61,206 nucleotides of DNA from Rhodospirillales bacterium (GTDB taxonomy: Bacteria > Pseudomonadota > Alphaproteobacteria > Bin95). Shown piece by piece: positions 13,114-22,631 of this stretch. Every line of letters starts with the position of its first letter. Position 1 is the first letter of the stretch. The DNA lies in the NCBI GenBank assembly GCA_038143065.1, contig JAYQLI010000005.1, forward strand, positions 1-61,206, given 5' to 3'. The notes beneath the pieces are model-generated. The model saw only the letters and a list, made by a program, of their open reading frames with translations, was not told the origin of the DNA and searched no databases. The position numbers and the translations under genes are program-made.

Positions 13114-13524
13114 CTATGCGGCTTCCTTAACAGTGTAATTTACCCCCTCATTCTCTGCCTGCACGAGCTTAATCGCCAGACTTATCAGCCCTACAACTTG
13201 ATGATGTTCCGTTTCTGGTGCGTCATTAAACAATCCAACATTACGATAGTCTGAGAACAAGCCCAGCGCTGAGCGAAGGAACCAAAATGGCTCTTGTATT
13301 TCACCGCGCACAAGATCGCCTCTGACGTAGTTAGGTTGGTCAGATACATGCTCCTCAGGCACCTTGAAACTGGGCATACCAGCCGCATAAAGTGCCCCAT
13401 TGATACAATAGGCATCCCCTTTGCGCAGGTATACCTTACACCATCGCTTAGGGTCTCTGAGGATCTCCAGAGCGCCCTGTAAGTGGCGCTCTGTGACAGT
13501 GTTATTTGGGAGGAAGTGTATCAT
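13114..13524 (-). CDS. Phage-type hypothetical protein (DUF6197-like)
   Basis: Intact 136 aa ORF with W.K......YC..GAL and FND...T.H..V motifs. Confidence 0.5.
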   Translation of the reverse strand: MIHFLPNNTVTERHLQGALEILRDPKRWCKVYLRKGDAYCINGALYAAGMPSFKVPEEHVSDQPNYVRGDLVRGEIQEPFWFLRSALGLFSDYRNVGLFNDAPETEHHQVVGLISLAIKLVQAENEGVNYTVKEAA

Positions 13525-13725
13525 TTATATTTCCTTTCTGCTTGATCCGTATGAAGGGTTTATTGGTCTGGGCAGTGTTGGGGTTAGGCAGGGTTTCCAT
13601 AACCTCTTGCCCTTGCTCAGGGCGTTTAGCTTGTTGAGATGTGTCTCAGCAGTGCTCACGCCAAAGCCACGCGTCCTCATCGAGGAGCGGCGTTTATTTT
13701 GATTTTCAGTCATGATTTTCTCCAT
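13525..13725 (-). CDS. Small basic phage-like protein (frameshifted)
   Basis: Corrected frame gives LNKLNALSKGK.VMETLPNPNTAQTNKPFIRIK. Confidence 0.45.
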   Translation of the reverse strand: MEKIMTENQNKRRSSMRTRGFGVSTAETHLNKLNALSKGKRLWKPCLTPTLPRPINPSYGSSRKEI

Positions 13726-13818
13726 CAGAGCAAGACTAGAGATGCCATGAAATGGCGATCTCGCTTGCTGCTAATGGATTTCAATTTCTTATAATTCAGT
13801 TGACGTTCTGTAGCAAGC

Positions 13819-15781
13819 CTAGATCTGTTGGAGTCCGCAATCTCTGAGATAATTGAAAACACCATCATAGTACGTTGGAGGTCGGGTAGGATCGTTTTCA
13901 GAACCTTCTGGAATAAAAATAACCATTCCCTGGCGAGCTCTGGTTAAGAGAACACGATAGGCATTTAAAATGTATTTCTTCCGTTCAGGAGACGAAACAT
14001 TCTGCCACTTGGAGCCTCTGAATGCATGCATTTTCCAACCAGCATCTTCATATCGTAAATCAGCATCCCAACAGACGCCAACGTAATCAAGTTCTAGACC
14101 CTGTATATCAAATTGCGTAGCCACATCTTCTAAGAAAAAAGATGATCGAACATCACCTTTATCATTCAAAAACCAATTCGTGGCATCGATTTCCGACTTA
14201 ATAAAAATTCCTTCTGGCCTAAGCCTCAAAGCACCAGCTGAAGCCACAAGCCCAATCCTTTCCGTTCCCCTGCCGGACCGGCGTAGCCATTCCCTTGCGG
14301 CTTCCAGTTTCCTTGTTAAGAATATTGGATAGTTATCGGCTAAGGTAGAATATATTTTCAGAGCCGCCTTATCATTGCCGCTTATTATTTCAGAAATGAA
14401 AGCTGATAATTTCTCTGCTCTAAAGGAGCGCATGCTAGTGGCAAGATGCAAATGCTTGGATGTTTGATAGGACGAGGACTGTAATTTAAGTCTAGCCACA
14501 TCATCGATGGTGTAGTGCTCATCCGACAGCACATCTGAAATATATACATCCCAGCTTGAAAGTGTTCCATCTAAAGCCTTCAGCCACTCAATAATCCCAG
14601 CCTCACCGTATTAATTTCTTGCCCACCGCCTATTAAACAAACCACGCAACACCAGTCATTGTGTCGGTCCATAACTTTAACAAAAATTCAGGCTCTGACT
14701 GGGGTGCATAGCCTGAGCCCCACTTTCCAGTCATAAATTTAGTAGCCTGTTCTTTCGACCATGCTCTTTGGGCTTCATCAAATATTACTACTTTTTCAAT
14801 AGGAGCCTGTGGATTAGTAAAATATTCGTCCCTGAAGTGATGTATATTCTGAATAAAGCTACTGACTTCTCGTTGAGCATCTTTCTTCTTAACTTTTTCG
14901 CTTACGACTTTATCGCGTGCTAGCGCTTCACGAAGAACTTCAACAAGAGGTCCATTACCTGACAGAAAGACAGCATGTTCTTCCTTTTAACAGAACGAGA
15001 CGTCGCGATATTAAGGATTACCAAGTGTTTTTCCTGCTCCAGGCACGCCCGTTACAAAACAAATGCTCTTGTGACCCAATATCTTGGAACGTTCTATTAT
15101 TTTAAAAATTTCGTCAGTTGTTTCAGATAAATTTTTCGCGCCAGAATCAGAACGAGCAATATCTTCAACGTTATGGGATTTATATAATGCTTGTGCTGCT
15201 TCAACTATTGTTGGTGTTGGCATGTAACCGGACTTTTCCCATACCTCTGCAACTGTAAAACCTGCATGAGATGAAGTGTGAGCGGCAGAAAGACAATCTT
15301 TAATCAAAGAATTCAGTCCCAGCTCGCCTATAAGAAAAGGCTTGGCGACAAGGTCCTTCGCAATCTGTATTTGATTGGTTGAGGGGTATTGGCTTTGGTT
15401 GCAACGACAATAGGAAATATTAGTAAATCATGTGAACCTAAATGGAAATTTTTAAGATCAATGCGTAGTCATAGGCCTGATCGATGGCAAATCGATCAAA
15501 GGAAGAAGAACCTACTTTAAACTCCAAAACGAACACACATGAATTGATAAATAAAATACAATCCGCACGCTTGCCCATGCGCGGAATCTTGAATTCAAAA
15601 TAAATTTTCCCTTTCCAATGTTGTTCGAGTTGCTGTTTTAGATATGTGAAATTTGGTTTTGCCATGCGATGGTCTGTAGATGTTCTAGGGCTTGCACATG
15701 AAACGAGGTCAGTGTGCCTAGAATTTCATCTTCATTAGTGTCCCAGAACTGTTCCAGTTGAGCTTGATAATATGCTTGCAT
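13819..15781 (-). CDS. DUF2075 (Schlafen group-3-like) DNA/RNA helicase with N-terminal nuclease-like domain, frameshifted
   Basis: [12 protein letters not shown]...VFVLEFK; Walker [12 protein letters not shown]; IFDEAQRAW; QGLELDY; [13 protein letters not shown]. Confidence 0.85.
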
Positions 15782-15862
15782 GACCACTTCTCCTGCAGCC
15801 CAATGTCAGCCAAACATATTACAAATTCAATCTAATCCTTGTGCCATCTGCTTCAGCATTTC
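15736..15862. repeat. Direct repeat copy 1: 3' end of an unknown gene plus the DUF2075 start (copy 2 at 23570-23695)
   Basis: Shared TAGTGTC...TATGCTTGC.TGACC.CTTCTCC.GC...CCAATG.CAGCCAAACAT.TTA.AA.TCAATCTAATCC...TTCAGCATTTC. Confidence 0.8.
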
Positions 15863-15978
15863 AAGATGAACGGGCAATTATATTATTTGATTGCATTTGG
15901 GGATTATCATTGTGTTGGGATCACGAGCGTTCGTTGTGTAAGTACCTTTAAAGTTTAATTTTTCGTTGATTTAGCATG

Positions 15979-16569
15979 TCAATAAATCTCAACTTTTACA
16001 GGCGTGGGATTATAACCATTGCAGGGATTATGCATCTGAGGGCAGTTGGACAGCACTGCCAAAGTGTCTGTCCTAGCCAGCAGTGTTACATAGCTATTTG
16101 GTTTAAGAGTTACATTATCGACGCCAGCCGATCCGTCTTCCAAAACAGGAACCGACATAAACCAATTTATATTGGGAACTATAGCCTCTTTACCCATCCC
16201 GTTTTTGATAAGCTCCGCCTGAAAGTTATCGTAGCAGGACTCCGTCGTTTCAACACCATATCTGAGCTTGTTGTTAGGATTGCTGCAGCAGCCATAAATA
16301 GTGTCATGCCGCCCAATAGTGTCTTCCACCACCTCAAGTAACTGGGTGCCACTATCAGAGTACGATACACTACCTAATCCTACATAGACATTACCCTGAA
16401 CTTTAACCGTGTTAGTAGCTGAATATCGATCTGAGCGATCAACATTATTATAGCAGAGAAAGTCTACGGCTTGTTGACCTTCAAGGTCAGTTATCTTCAG
16501 GCGTTGGCCCTCTTTTACAACTCCTGACCATGAAGTTTTAGCTGCGACCTCTTCTTCGTAAATGCCCAA
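15979..16569 (-). CDS. DUF1989 urea/guanidine carboxylase-associated family protein
   Basis: DLEGQQAVDF, HDTIYGCCS, SCYDNF, NINWFMSVPV, SNCPQMHNPCNG motifs. Confidence 0.85.
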   Translation of the reverse strand: MGIYEEEVAAKTSWSGVVKEGQRLKITDLEGQQAVDFLCYNNVDRSDRYSATNTVKVQGNVYVGLGSVSYSDSGTQLLEVVEDTIGRHDTIYGCCSNPNNKLRYGVETTESCYDNFQAELIKNGMGKEAIVPNINWFMSVPVLEDGSAGVDNVTLKPNSYVTLLARTDTLAVLSNCPQMHNPCNGYNPTPVKVEIY

Positions 16570-16737
16570 ATTTTCACTCCTTCTATTTCTTAATTCAGGG
16601 ATATCAGATTTTCAAAATACAACCACATCTAGGGCCCATTTGTTCATGCATAGTTTTACATAAGGCCTTACAAAATCTAGGAATGGCCCTAGGGATGGCG
16701 CTACTTTATCTTACAGCAAGCGATAACAGAGTTCGCT

Positions 16738-17190
16738 TTATAATTCACGTTCTGAAAGAGATAATATAACTTTTTCAATTCTTTCCATTACAGCTGCTTC
16801 CTCAAAACGCTCAGAAATGCATCCATTATCTGAAAGCCAGTTGAGCTTTGAATTGGTGAAAATTTCAATGTCGGGTTCATGCTTCGTGCTATCATCAAGA
16901 GTTCCAATAGGAATAATGGCTAACCCTTCAATAACCTCAACGCTGTAGAAGGCTTTCGTGGAGCAGTTAGGACAAAAAAATAGCTCAATATCTCCTCCGC
17001 TCCCTCCGTTGTAGGTATATTTTTAAGTTACCGGAAACTTCGATTTCTTCTTGCGAAAAAAAATACCCGTTACGGACAAAACGCTGTATAGTTTCCTGCA
17101 ACTTGTACAATTGCATTGGTTAATAAGCATTGGGGCATAATTCGATTTAATTTCGATACTGCCACAATGGTATGAACCAATTTTCTTCAT
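16738..17190 (-). CDS. GFA/CENP-V family zinc-binding protein (frameshifted)
   Basis: Hand translation: GS.HCGSI...QCNCTSCRK...FFCPNCST...GTLDD. Confidence 0.75.
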
Positions 17191-17262
17191 TTTATATCTC
17201 CAAAACCGCTATCTGTTTAGGGATTGTAATCAGCAGTACAATGAGTTTGGTGCGCATAAGGT

Positions 17263-17632
17263 TTATTCCCATTTATCACCTTCAGCAGGATACTGACGCA
17301 TAATTTCATCGGAGGCCCGATAAGCGGACACAAATTGGTGCATCTCGCTGACCCTGGAATTAACCACTGTGCCTTCAAGTTCAAAGGCATTCAGTTGCTG
17401 ATAAACATCATCTTCACTTTCAGCCATCCAGTGACAGTAAAAGAAGTCATCGTTTCCACACCAAGTCTGCATACATTGAGCGTGTTCGCCGATCGCTTCT
17501 ACTGCCCACTGCAACTCCGACTTTGCGGTTGAGGCGGATCACGTTTTTCAGGCGTTAAATATTCTTGACGCGCCTCATCAGATACAAATGAGTGGATAAC
17601 AAAAAATGTTTAGAAAAACGTTCCTTGAGCAT
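17263..17632 (-). CDS. Small hypothetical protein, probable dimeric alpha+beta barrel
   Basis: HFFVIHSFVSDEARQEY...CMQTWCGNDDFFYCHWMAESEDDV; frameshifted. Confidence 0.55.
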
Positions 17633-17773
17633 ATTTCAACCTTCATTTTGTTTGCTTGTGATGAGCCCGTTTAGATATTTTAGAATTTTTAAACCCCCGT
17701 GAACTTAACTTTATAAGTTGTGGAGGCTCTTTTCGTTCCAAATCCAAATGTAAAATGCGTAGATTTTTACTAG

Positions 17774-18089
17774 CTAATGTTTCATGTGAGCGTCTGGATA
17801 ATTGGTAAAATATTCTTCTGATATTGGTGTCATTACGCCGCTTTCAATTACGGCACCGCCTTGCCTTCTAATTTCCAGTCAACTCTGCATCAGAACCAAA
17901 GGCTTGAAGCACTTCCATGCTAGGAAACATCATAATTGCGTGAAGTTGAGTAGGATCATTCTTCTCAGTACCAGCAAACAGAAACTTAATTCCATTTCTT
18001 TAATTCTGTCTTCTTGTGACTTTACCATCGCTTGCCAAGTATCAAAACCTTTTGAAAGCTTTATTGAACTTTTTTACTATAATTGCCAT
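17774..18089 (-). CDS. Small hypothetical protein (DUF3764-like barrel), frameshifted, absent from the ORF track
   Basis: Hand translation: IKLSKGFDTWQAMVKSQEDRIKEM..FLFAGTEKNDPTQLHAIMMFPSMEVL; RBS GGAGAGGG. Confidence 0.55.
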
Positions 18090-18236
18090 TTCCCTCTCCG
18101 ATCAGCCAAATTTAATTAGTTTTGAAAGCTGGTCAGGCGAAAAGCAATCAGAACGTGGCGTTATCTATGCTTTGTATCAAATTCAGAATAATACTTATGA
18201 GTACGCCGCTCATTTGGTAAGTTGGTTTTTCTTCTT

Positions 18237-18536
18237 CTATGATATTTCTGCCAAATTAAATGAGCACATCGCCTTCCAAGACCACGGTATCTTTTAAATG
18301 CTTGCTAAAAATATCTGTCTGCAGTCCTTTTTACGTATCTCATGTCCAGCCAAACGCGCTTTTTCATTTTGATAAACAGTTATGCCCACACCGCTAGCTA
18401 CACCCGTTTTCACGAAAACAGTCTGCTCAGTGTTTGGATACGGCCCATGAGCCTGCCAAGCATCCACAAATGCTTCAAGACTATCAGCGCTGTTAAATTC
18501 AAACATCATTATATTGGAGACTTTCATCGGATCCAA
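18237..18536 (-). CDS. Small hypothetical protein, probable alpha+beta barrel
   Basis: VSNIMMFEFNSADSLEAFVDAW...VKTG...GITVYQNEKAR...VVLEGDV. Confidence 0.55.
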
Positions 18537-18593
18537 AGCTCCAATTGTTTTAAAAATTTTACATTCAATTCTATTGACATGTTTAGCACGAAG

Positions 18594-18886
18594 TTAGTTC
18601 TGCCCTGTTACATATGACGGCTCCTGCTCAACAAAAGCCGTGTAAGGGCGCGTATGTCCCACCTCTGGTGAATACTCTTCTAACATATATCTATGATCAT
18701 CAAGCCAATCTAAAGCTTCCGATTGTTGCTCAGCCAACTTTTCAACGCTTGGCTGCAACCAAATTTCAATGACTTCATCATCGCGAGTAAGTATGTAGCT
18801 TTCTGGGGAACTCTTTTTTAGCGCTCTACATACTGTTCGAAATATTCTGGTTTTGGCTTGAAATAAACCATTGTCATGGTCTTCAT
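18594..18886 (-). CDS. Small hypothetical protein, probable alpha+beta barrel (frameshifted)
   Basis: MKTMTMVYFKPKPEYFEQYVE...IEIWLQPSVEKLAEQQSEALDWLDDHRYMLEEYSPEVGHTRP; RBS AGGAG. Confidence 0.6.
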
Positions 18887-19387
18887 TAAAAGGCTCCTAT
18901 GATTTGCCTCAGAATAATGCGCTGTGGCGATATGTGGAGTCCTTGTTTGAACACTTGTGCGCGCATGGGTTTGTATTACGCCATATCTGCCAAGTGGGGT
19001 CCCCACGGGTGGAACTAATTCCAATTATGTATGAGCATTCCGCCTATTTACTGCTGGTATCAACCTTGATTGTACAATTTAGAGTAACTTAATGCGCAGC
19101 GTTTTCTATGTGACGCTTGAATAAAAATTAGGCAGATCATCAGTATTTTTAATTTGTGACGTTAGGTAACACTTTGGCATTCAAATAGGTAGGGCAAATA
19201 TGAAAAATTGAAGCATGTATTTACCAGTTATTGTTTCATCGATCGGCTTCCTTCGATGTTTGGGAAGCCGGTCTTCCTTAAGAAGTGCGCGCCCTTCACG
19301 TGTTATAGTTAATAATTGGCTAGCCTTACCGATAGGTCAGCCATTTTTACAATAGTAGCTTTAGCCCCCGCCTGCGTCGCAAGCATA

Positions 19388-19473
19388 ACTAGCTTAATCG
19401 ACTCTGCAACCTGAGCACCTTCAGGAATTAAGCAGTATTATGCTCAATAAACGCCCCAATTATTCCACCGCGT
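19388..19473 (-). pseudogene. Terminase large subunit 5' fragment (copy 3)
   Basis: Translates RG.II.AFIEH/YCLIPEGAQVAESIKLV, homologous to the fragment at 20898-21112. Confidence 0.75.
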
Positions 19474-19515
19474 ATCTTTTGTATGCTAACCTCGCAGCCA
19501 AAAAAGGAGAAATTA

Positions 19516-19785
19516 ATGTTTGCCACATTTACTGATTGGACTTTGGATGAACCAAAAACATTTGCTGAAAGCGCGGAAGAGTTTTGGCCAAGCATGAAAG
19601 AGGCTGGCGCAGTGAATATGCGAATTGTTCAAACAAGCGATAAGGGTGTGCGCACTATGACTATGTGGCCAGATGCTGAAACTGCGCTAATGGCTATTCA
19701 AGCAATTTCAACAGTGGGCACTTCCTCAACTGGCATTGAAGCGGTGGGAGGCGCTAAAGGCGCTGTTTTAGCGGAGTTTAATTAA
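19516..19785 (+). CDS. Small hypothetical cassette protein (ABM-like alpha+beta barrel)
   Basis: Intact 89 aa ORF; RBS AAGGAG; W...K.AGA....VQT...RTMTMWPD. Confidence 0.7.
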   Translation: MFATFTDWTLDEPKTFAESAEEFWPSMKEAGAVNMRIVQTSDKGVRTMTMWPDAETALMAIQAISTVGTSSTGIEAVGGAKGAVLAEFN

Positions 19786-19843
19786 ACTGCTTAGCGATCA
19801 GCTTATTAACGCTAAAGACCTTTAAAGCTGCGCTAGCCTCTCT
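19778..19843 (-). repeat. terS 3'-end fragment (repeat copy D)
   Basis: Translates EASAALKVFSVNKLIAKQFN*; shares AGCGATCAGC and CTAGCCTC with the other copies. Confidence 0.75.
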
Positions 19844-19897
19844 TTGCACCATAATCATTTATGTTCTACATTCACGAAAGAAACAAGGAAGCAAGTA

Positions 19898-20284
19898 ATG
19901 GCTGAACTAAACGCACACTCTGACCGCATGGTCCTGGTATTTAATTGTAAAGTTAAAAGCGCCGATGATTTCAAGGCTTGGTCTAAAGATCGGGCGGCAA
20001 AATATGTTTACGAATGTAACGAGGAAAACACTATAAGTTATGAATGGCACATTTCTGATGACGGATCTGAAGCAACTCTTATAGAAACTTTTAAAGACAG
20101 CGACAGCATGATGGTGCGCCTTGGAAACCACGGGGCCAGTCCAATTGCAGCTGAAGTTATGGAGCAAGTCGAAATAACCGGCGTTCTATGTTTAGGCAAT
20201 GCCAAGCAAGATGCCAGAGATGCTCTGTCCGCTTGGGGTGCAATCTTCCATGCACACCATGCTGGCTTTCATAAAAGTAATTAA
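19898..20284 (+). CDS. Antibiotic biosynthesis monooxygenase (ABM)-like protein
   Basis: Intact ORF; EENTISYEWHISDDGSEATLIETFKDS is a typical ABM pattern. Confidence 0.7.
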   Translation: MAELNAHSDRMVLVFNCKVKSADDFKAWSKDRAAKYVYECNEENTISYEWHISDDGSEATLIETFKDSDSMMVRLGNHGASPIAAEVMEQVEITGVLCLGNAKQDARDALSAWGAIFHAHHAGFHKSN

Positions 20285-20293
20285 GCAGCTTAT

Positions 20294-20358
20294 TTAACGA
20301 ATGGGATGAGCGATCAGCCCATCAACAGCAACACCCTTTAAGCCGCTCTAGCCTCAAC
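20294..20358 (-). repeat. terS 3'-end fragment (repeat copy C)
   Basis: Translates VEARAA/KGVAVDGLIAHPIR*. Confidence 0.75.
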
Positions 20359-20362
20359 CTTA

Positions 20363-20481
20363 GCCATGTAGGTAATCAATCACATCCAGAATCAACATGC
20401 GATAAACCTTCATAAGCTTGATTGGTTGCCCAGCCTTAGCTTTTTCTTGAATTAAACAATAATGTTATCTTTCGTGGCGTA
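20363..20481 (-). pseudogene. Terminase large subunit 5' fragment (copy 2)
   Basis: Translates HYCLIQEKAKAGQPIKLMKVYRMLILDVIDYLHG versus HYSLILEGAQIGQQIKLIKFLRKFILDVFDNPHS in copy 1. Confidence 0.75.
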
Positions 20482-20542
20482 ATATTTGACAGAAACGGAT
20501 CACTGCTTTTCGATGATTGAAGTCATAACTAGGGAGAGAAAA

Positions 20543-20827
20543 ATGTCATACTACACAATTTCGTACTGGGAAGCCGATGAATGGACAGATGAAATGGAAG
20601 CGATTGCTAAAGATAAATTTGGCCCAATGATTATGGCTGTGGGTGCTCGTTCAGTCGATTTTGTTAAAACCGGTGACAATACAATGTGCGTTGTAACCAA
20701 GTATAAAGATGAAGCAACTGGAACGGCTGCTCTGGCAAAGATTGCTGAAATTCGAGGTCAAGCCGCATCAACGCTGCCGGTCAGGATGGTTTCTGACGTT
20801 AAAGGTTCTGCGTTCGTAAGTATGTAA
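20543..20827 (+). CDS. Small hypothetical cassette protein (ABM-like alpha+beta barrel)
   Basis: Intact 94 aa ORF MSYYTISYWE...; RBS GGGAG; distantly similar to the 19516 gene. Confidence 0.7.
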   Translation: MSYYTISYWEADEWTDEMEAIAKDKFGPMIMAVGARSVDFVKTGDNTMCVVTKYKDEATGTAALAKIAEIRGQAASTLPVRMVSDVKGSAFVSM

Positions 20828-20828
20828 T

Positions 20829-20897
20829 TTAATGAGCGGGCTGAGCGATCAGCCCCTCAACTCCAACAGCCATTAAAACCGATCTAGCCTCGCCATC
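20829..20897 (-). repeat. terS 3'-end fragment (repeat copy B)
   Basis: Translates DGEARSVLMAVGVEGLIAQPAH* versus EGAARAALKDVGVAGLVDQLVN* at the end of the full terS. Confidence 0.8.
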
Positions 20898-21112
20898 AAC
20901 AGCACTAGCAGTATGGCTGCTATTATCGCAGACTTGTCGTATTTTCTCGCCACTGACAGATAAGCGCGCCTGGCACTGTGCGGGTTATCAAAGACATCCA
21001 GAATAAACTTGCGCAGAAATTTGATCAGCTTGATTTGCTGACCGATCTGAGCGCCTTCTAGGATCAGGCTGTAATGCTCAATGAATACGCATATCTTTTG
21101 GCCGCGTGTCAT
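20898..21112 (-). pseudogene. Terminase large subunit 5' fragment (copy 1)
   Basis: MTRGQKICVFIEHY.LI.EG...G..IKL..F.RKFILDVFDNP...RRAYLSVARKYDKSAIIAAILL; the Walker A ARKNGK is degenerate; truncated after ~70 codons. Confidence 0.8.
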
Positions 21113-21199
21113 AACAATGTCACCTTTCGTTACGTAATCATTGACATGGGCCGTCATCAAATAGTGGGCTAAGGTTATCAAAAAAGAGGGAGAAATAAA

Positions 21200-21571
21200 A
21201 TGACACCCAAAGAAGTGGTACAAAAAGGATATGATTGTTTTGCATCAGGCGATATGGAAACTTTCGTCAGACTGTTTCATGAGGATTGCACCGTCACGAT
21301 AAATGGTATGCACAAATTCTCTGGAACCTATAATGGGATAAATGAGTTCATGGGCGTATTAGCATTGATACCATCCCACTATGATAATTTTTCTGTGACC
21401 GTGTCGAATATGATTTCTGAAGGAGATCAAGTCGCAACTCAACTGGATGCGTCTGCTGACGGTATGGAAGCTAAATTTGGGCATTTCCACAGAATTGAAG
21501 GAGGCAAAATAAAGGAGTTTTGGATTTACGATGATAGCCAAAAAATGGCGCATGCAATGAAAGCCGTTTGA
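21200..21571 (+). CDS. SnoaL-like/NTF2 family protein
   Basis: VVQKGYDCFASGDM...FHED...GTYNG...ISEGDQV...IEGGKIKEFWIYDDSQ. Confidence 0.85.
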   Translation: MTPKEVVQKGYDCFASGDMETFVRLFHEDCTVTINGMHKFSGTYNGINEFMGVLALIPSHYDNFSVTVSNMISEGDQVATQLDASADGMEAKFGHFHRIEGGKIKEFWIYDDSQKMAHAMKAV

Positions 21572-21626
21572 TATATTTATTGGTTGGGCAAACGGCCCAG
21601 CCACGCCTATCTAAAGGAGACATAAG

Positions 21627-21890
21627 ATGAACGTATTTATGCACGGAACAGTAGAAGCTGGTTTTGATGTTCTTAAAGCTAAGATTGAAAGCGATATGGC
21701 AGGTCCAGCGGGAAAATTCGTTGATGAATATCGCCTCGCTCATCTTGGTAATGGTGAAATTATGTTTTGCGCACAGGTGAATGATTTCGAAAAAATGGGG
21801 GCATTCATGAGTGACCCTGCTGAAGTGCAGTGGGACAAAGACCACGGTTGTGTTTACAAAGTTTATTCAGTCGAAGAAATGCAGGATTAA
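21627..21890 (+). CDS. Small hypothetical protein, probable alpha+beta barrel
   Basis: Intact 87 aa ORF; RBS AAGGAG; its stop overlaps the terS stop in TTAA. Confidence 0.7.
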   Translation: MNVFMHGTVEAGFDVLKAKIESDMAGPAGKFVDEYRLAHLGNGEIMFCAQVNDFEKMGAFMSDPAEVQWDKDHGCVYKVYSVEEMQD

Positions 21891-22360
21891 TTTACAAGCT
21901 GATCGACCAGTCCCGCAACGCCAACGTCCTTAAGCGCAGCCCGCGCAGCGCCCTCTAACTTAGCCGCTACATGGATCGTGCGCGGATCAGAGGCCGTTTG
22001 GTTTAGTGACATTGATCGGATAACCGCCAACTGACGCCGCTTAAGGACATCAATAACTGCCGGCAGCGAGTTTGGAATTGGCGTCCCGCGCCTATTCTCA
22101 ATCATCATATCCATAGCATCCAACTCAATCTGAGCTGCCCGGATGTCCAGCTTCCATCCTTACAATTTTCGTCAATAAGAACAAGTCCATATCACGCCAA
22201 TCTGACCTCGCGCAGGGGCGGATGAACCGGTGCCAGATTATTAGCTCAGCCTTGCTGCGTAGCTCCACTCCAGCAGGTAGTGGAATGAGATCATTAATGG
22301 CACCAACAAAATCATGCCACCGCAGAGGTCACACCATTTTTTGAAAGATCGTTTTTTCAT
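21887..22360 (-). pseudogene. Terminase small subunit (P27-like, cos type), frameshifted or decaying
   Basis: Hand translation: MKKRS.KN...PLPAGVELRS..ELIIW..F...ARSDWRDMDL.LL.KIV.MEADIR...IENRRGTPIPN...RRQLAVIRSMSLNQTASDPRT; lies between HNH and terL. Confidence 0.7.
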
Positions 22361-22444
22361 AATTCTGTTACGACCTCTCGTTATATTTTTATTTATCTTG
22401 ACTTGCTGTTACTGACCCACGTTTTGATCTCATTTAAAGCGTGG

Positions 22445-22526
22445 GTTTTTTTCGTAAACGCAAAAACGTTTTGATGTGAACACCAGTTTCTTGCCCTTGG
22501 CTTTTAACTTCTGACTCACCCCTCCG
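22445..22526 (-). other. Possible decayed cos packaging region
   Basis: GGAGGGGTGAGTCAGAAGT...TTTTTGCGTTTACGAAAAAAA between HNH and terS, the canonical cos position in HK97-like phages. Confidence 0.35.
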
Positions 22527-22631
22527 ACGTTACGTCAAAAAAATTGTTGTTGAAATCTAGCAGGACAGCAGTTTTATTGTTTGTGTAGCCAAACTGTAGG
22601 GAACCTTCATTTATTAGGGAATGGAGGATCT

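Noticed and set aside
16570-16737. Guanidine-I (ykkC) riboswitch upstream of DUF1989
   Set aside because: Only a CTAGGG-like stretch is present; the conserved 3' elements are not visible. An Infernal search with RF00442 would settle it.
19778-20897. Spaced repeats read as a CRISPR array or integron attC sites
   Set aside because: The spacers are whole genes, the repeats are diverged, there are no cas or intI genes, and there is no RYYYAAC...GTTRRRY palindrome; the repeats translate as TerS C-termini.
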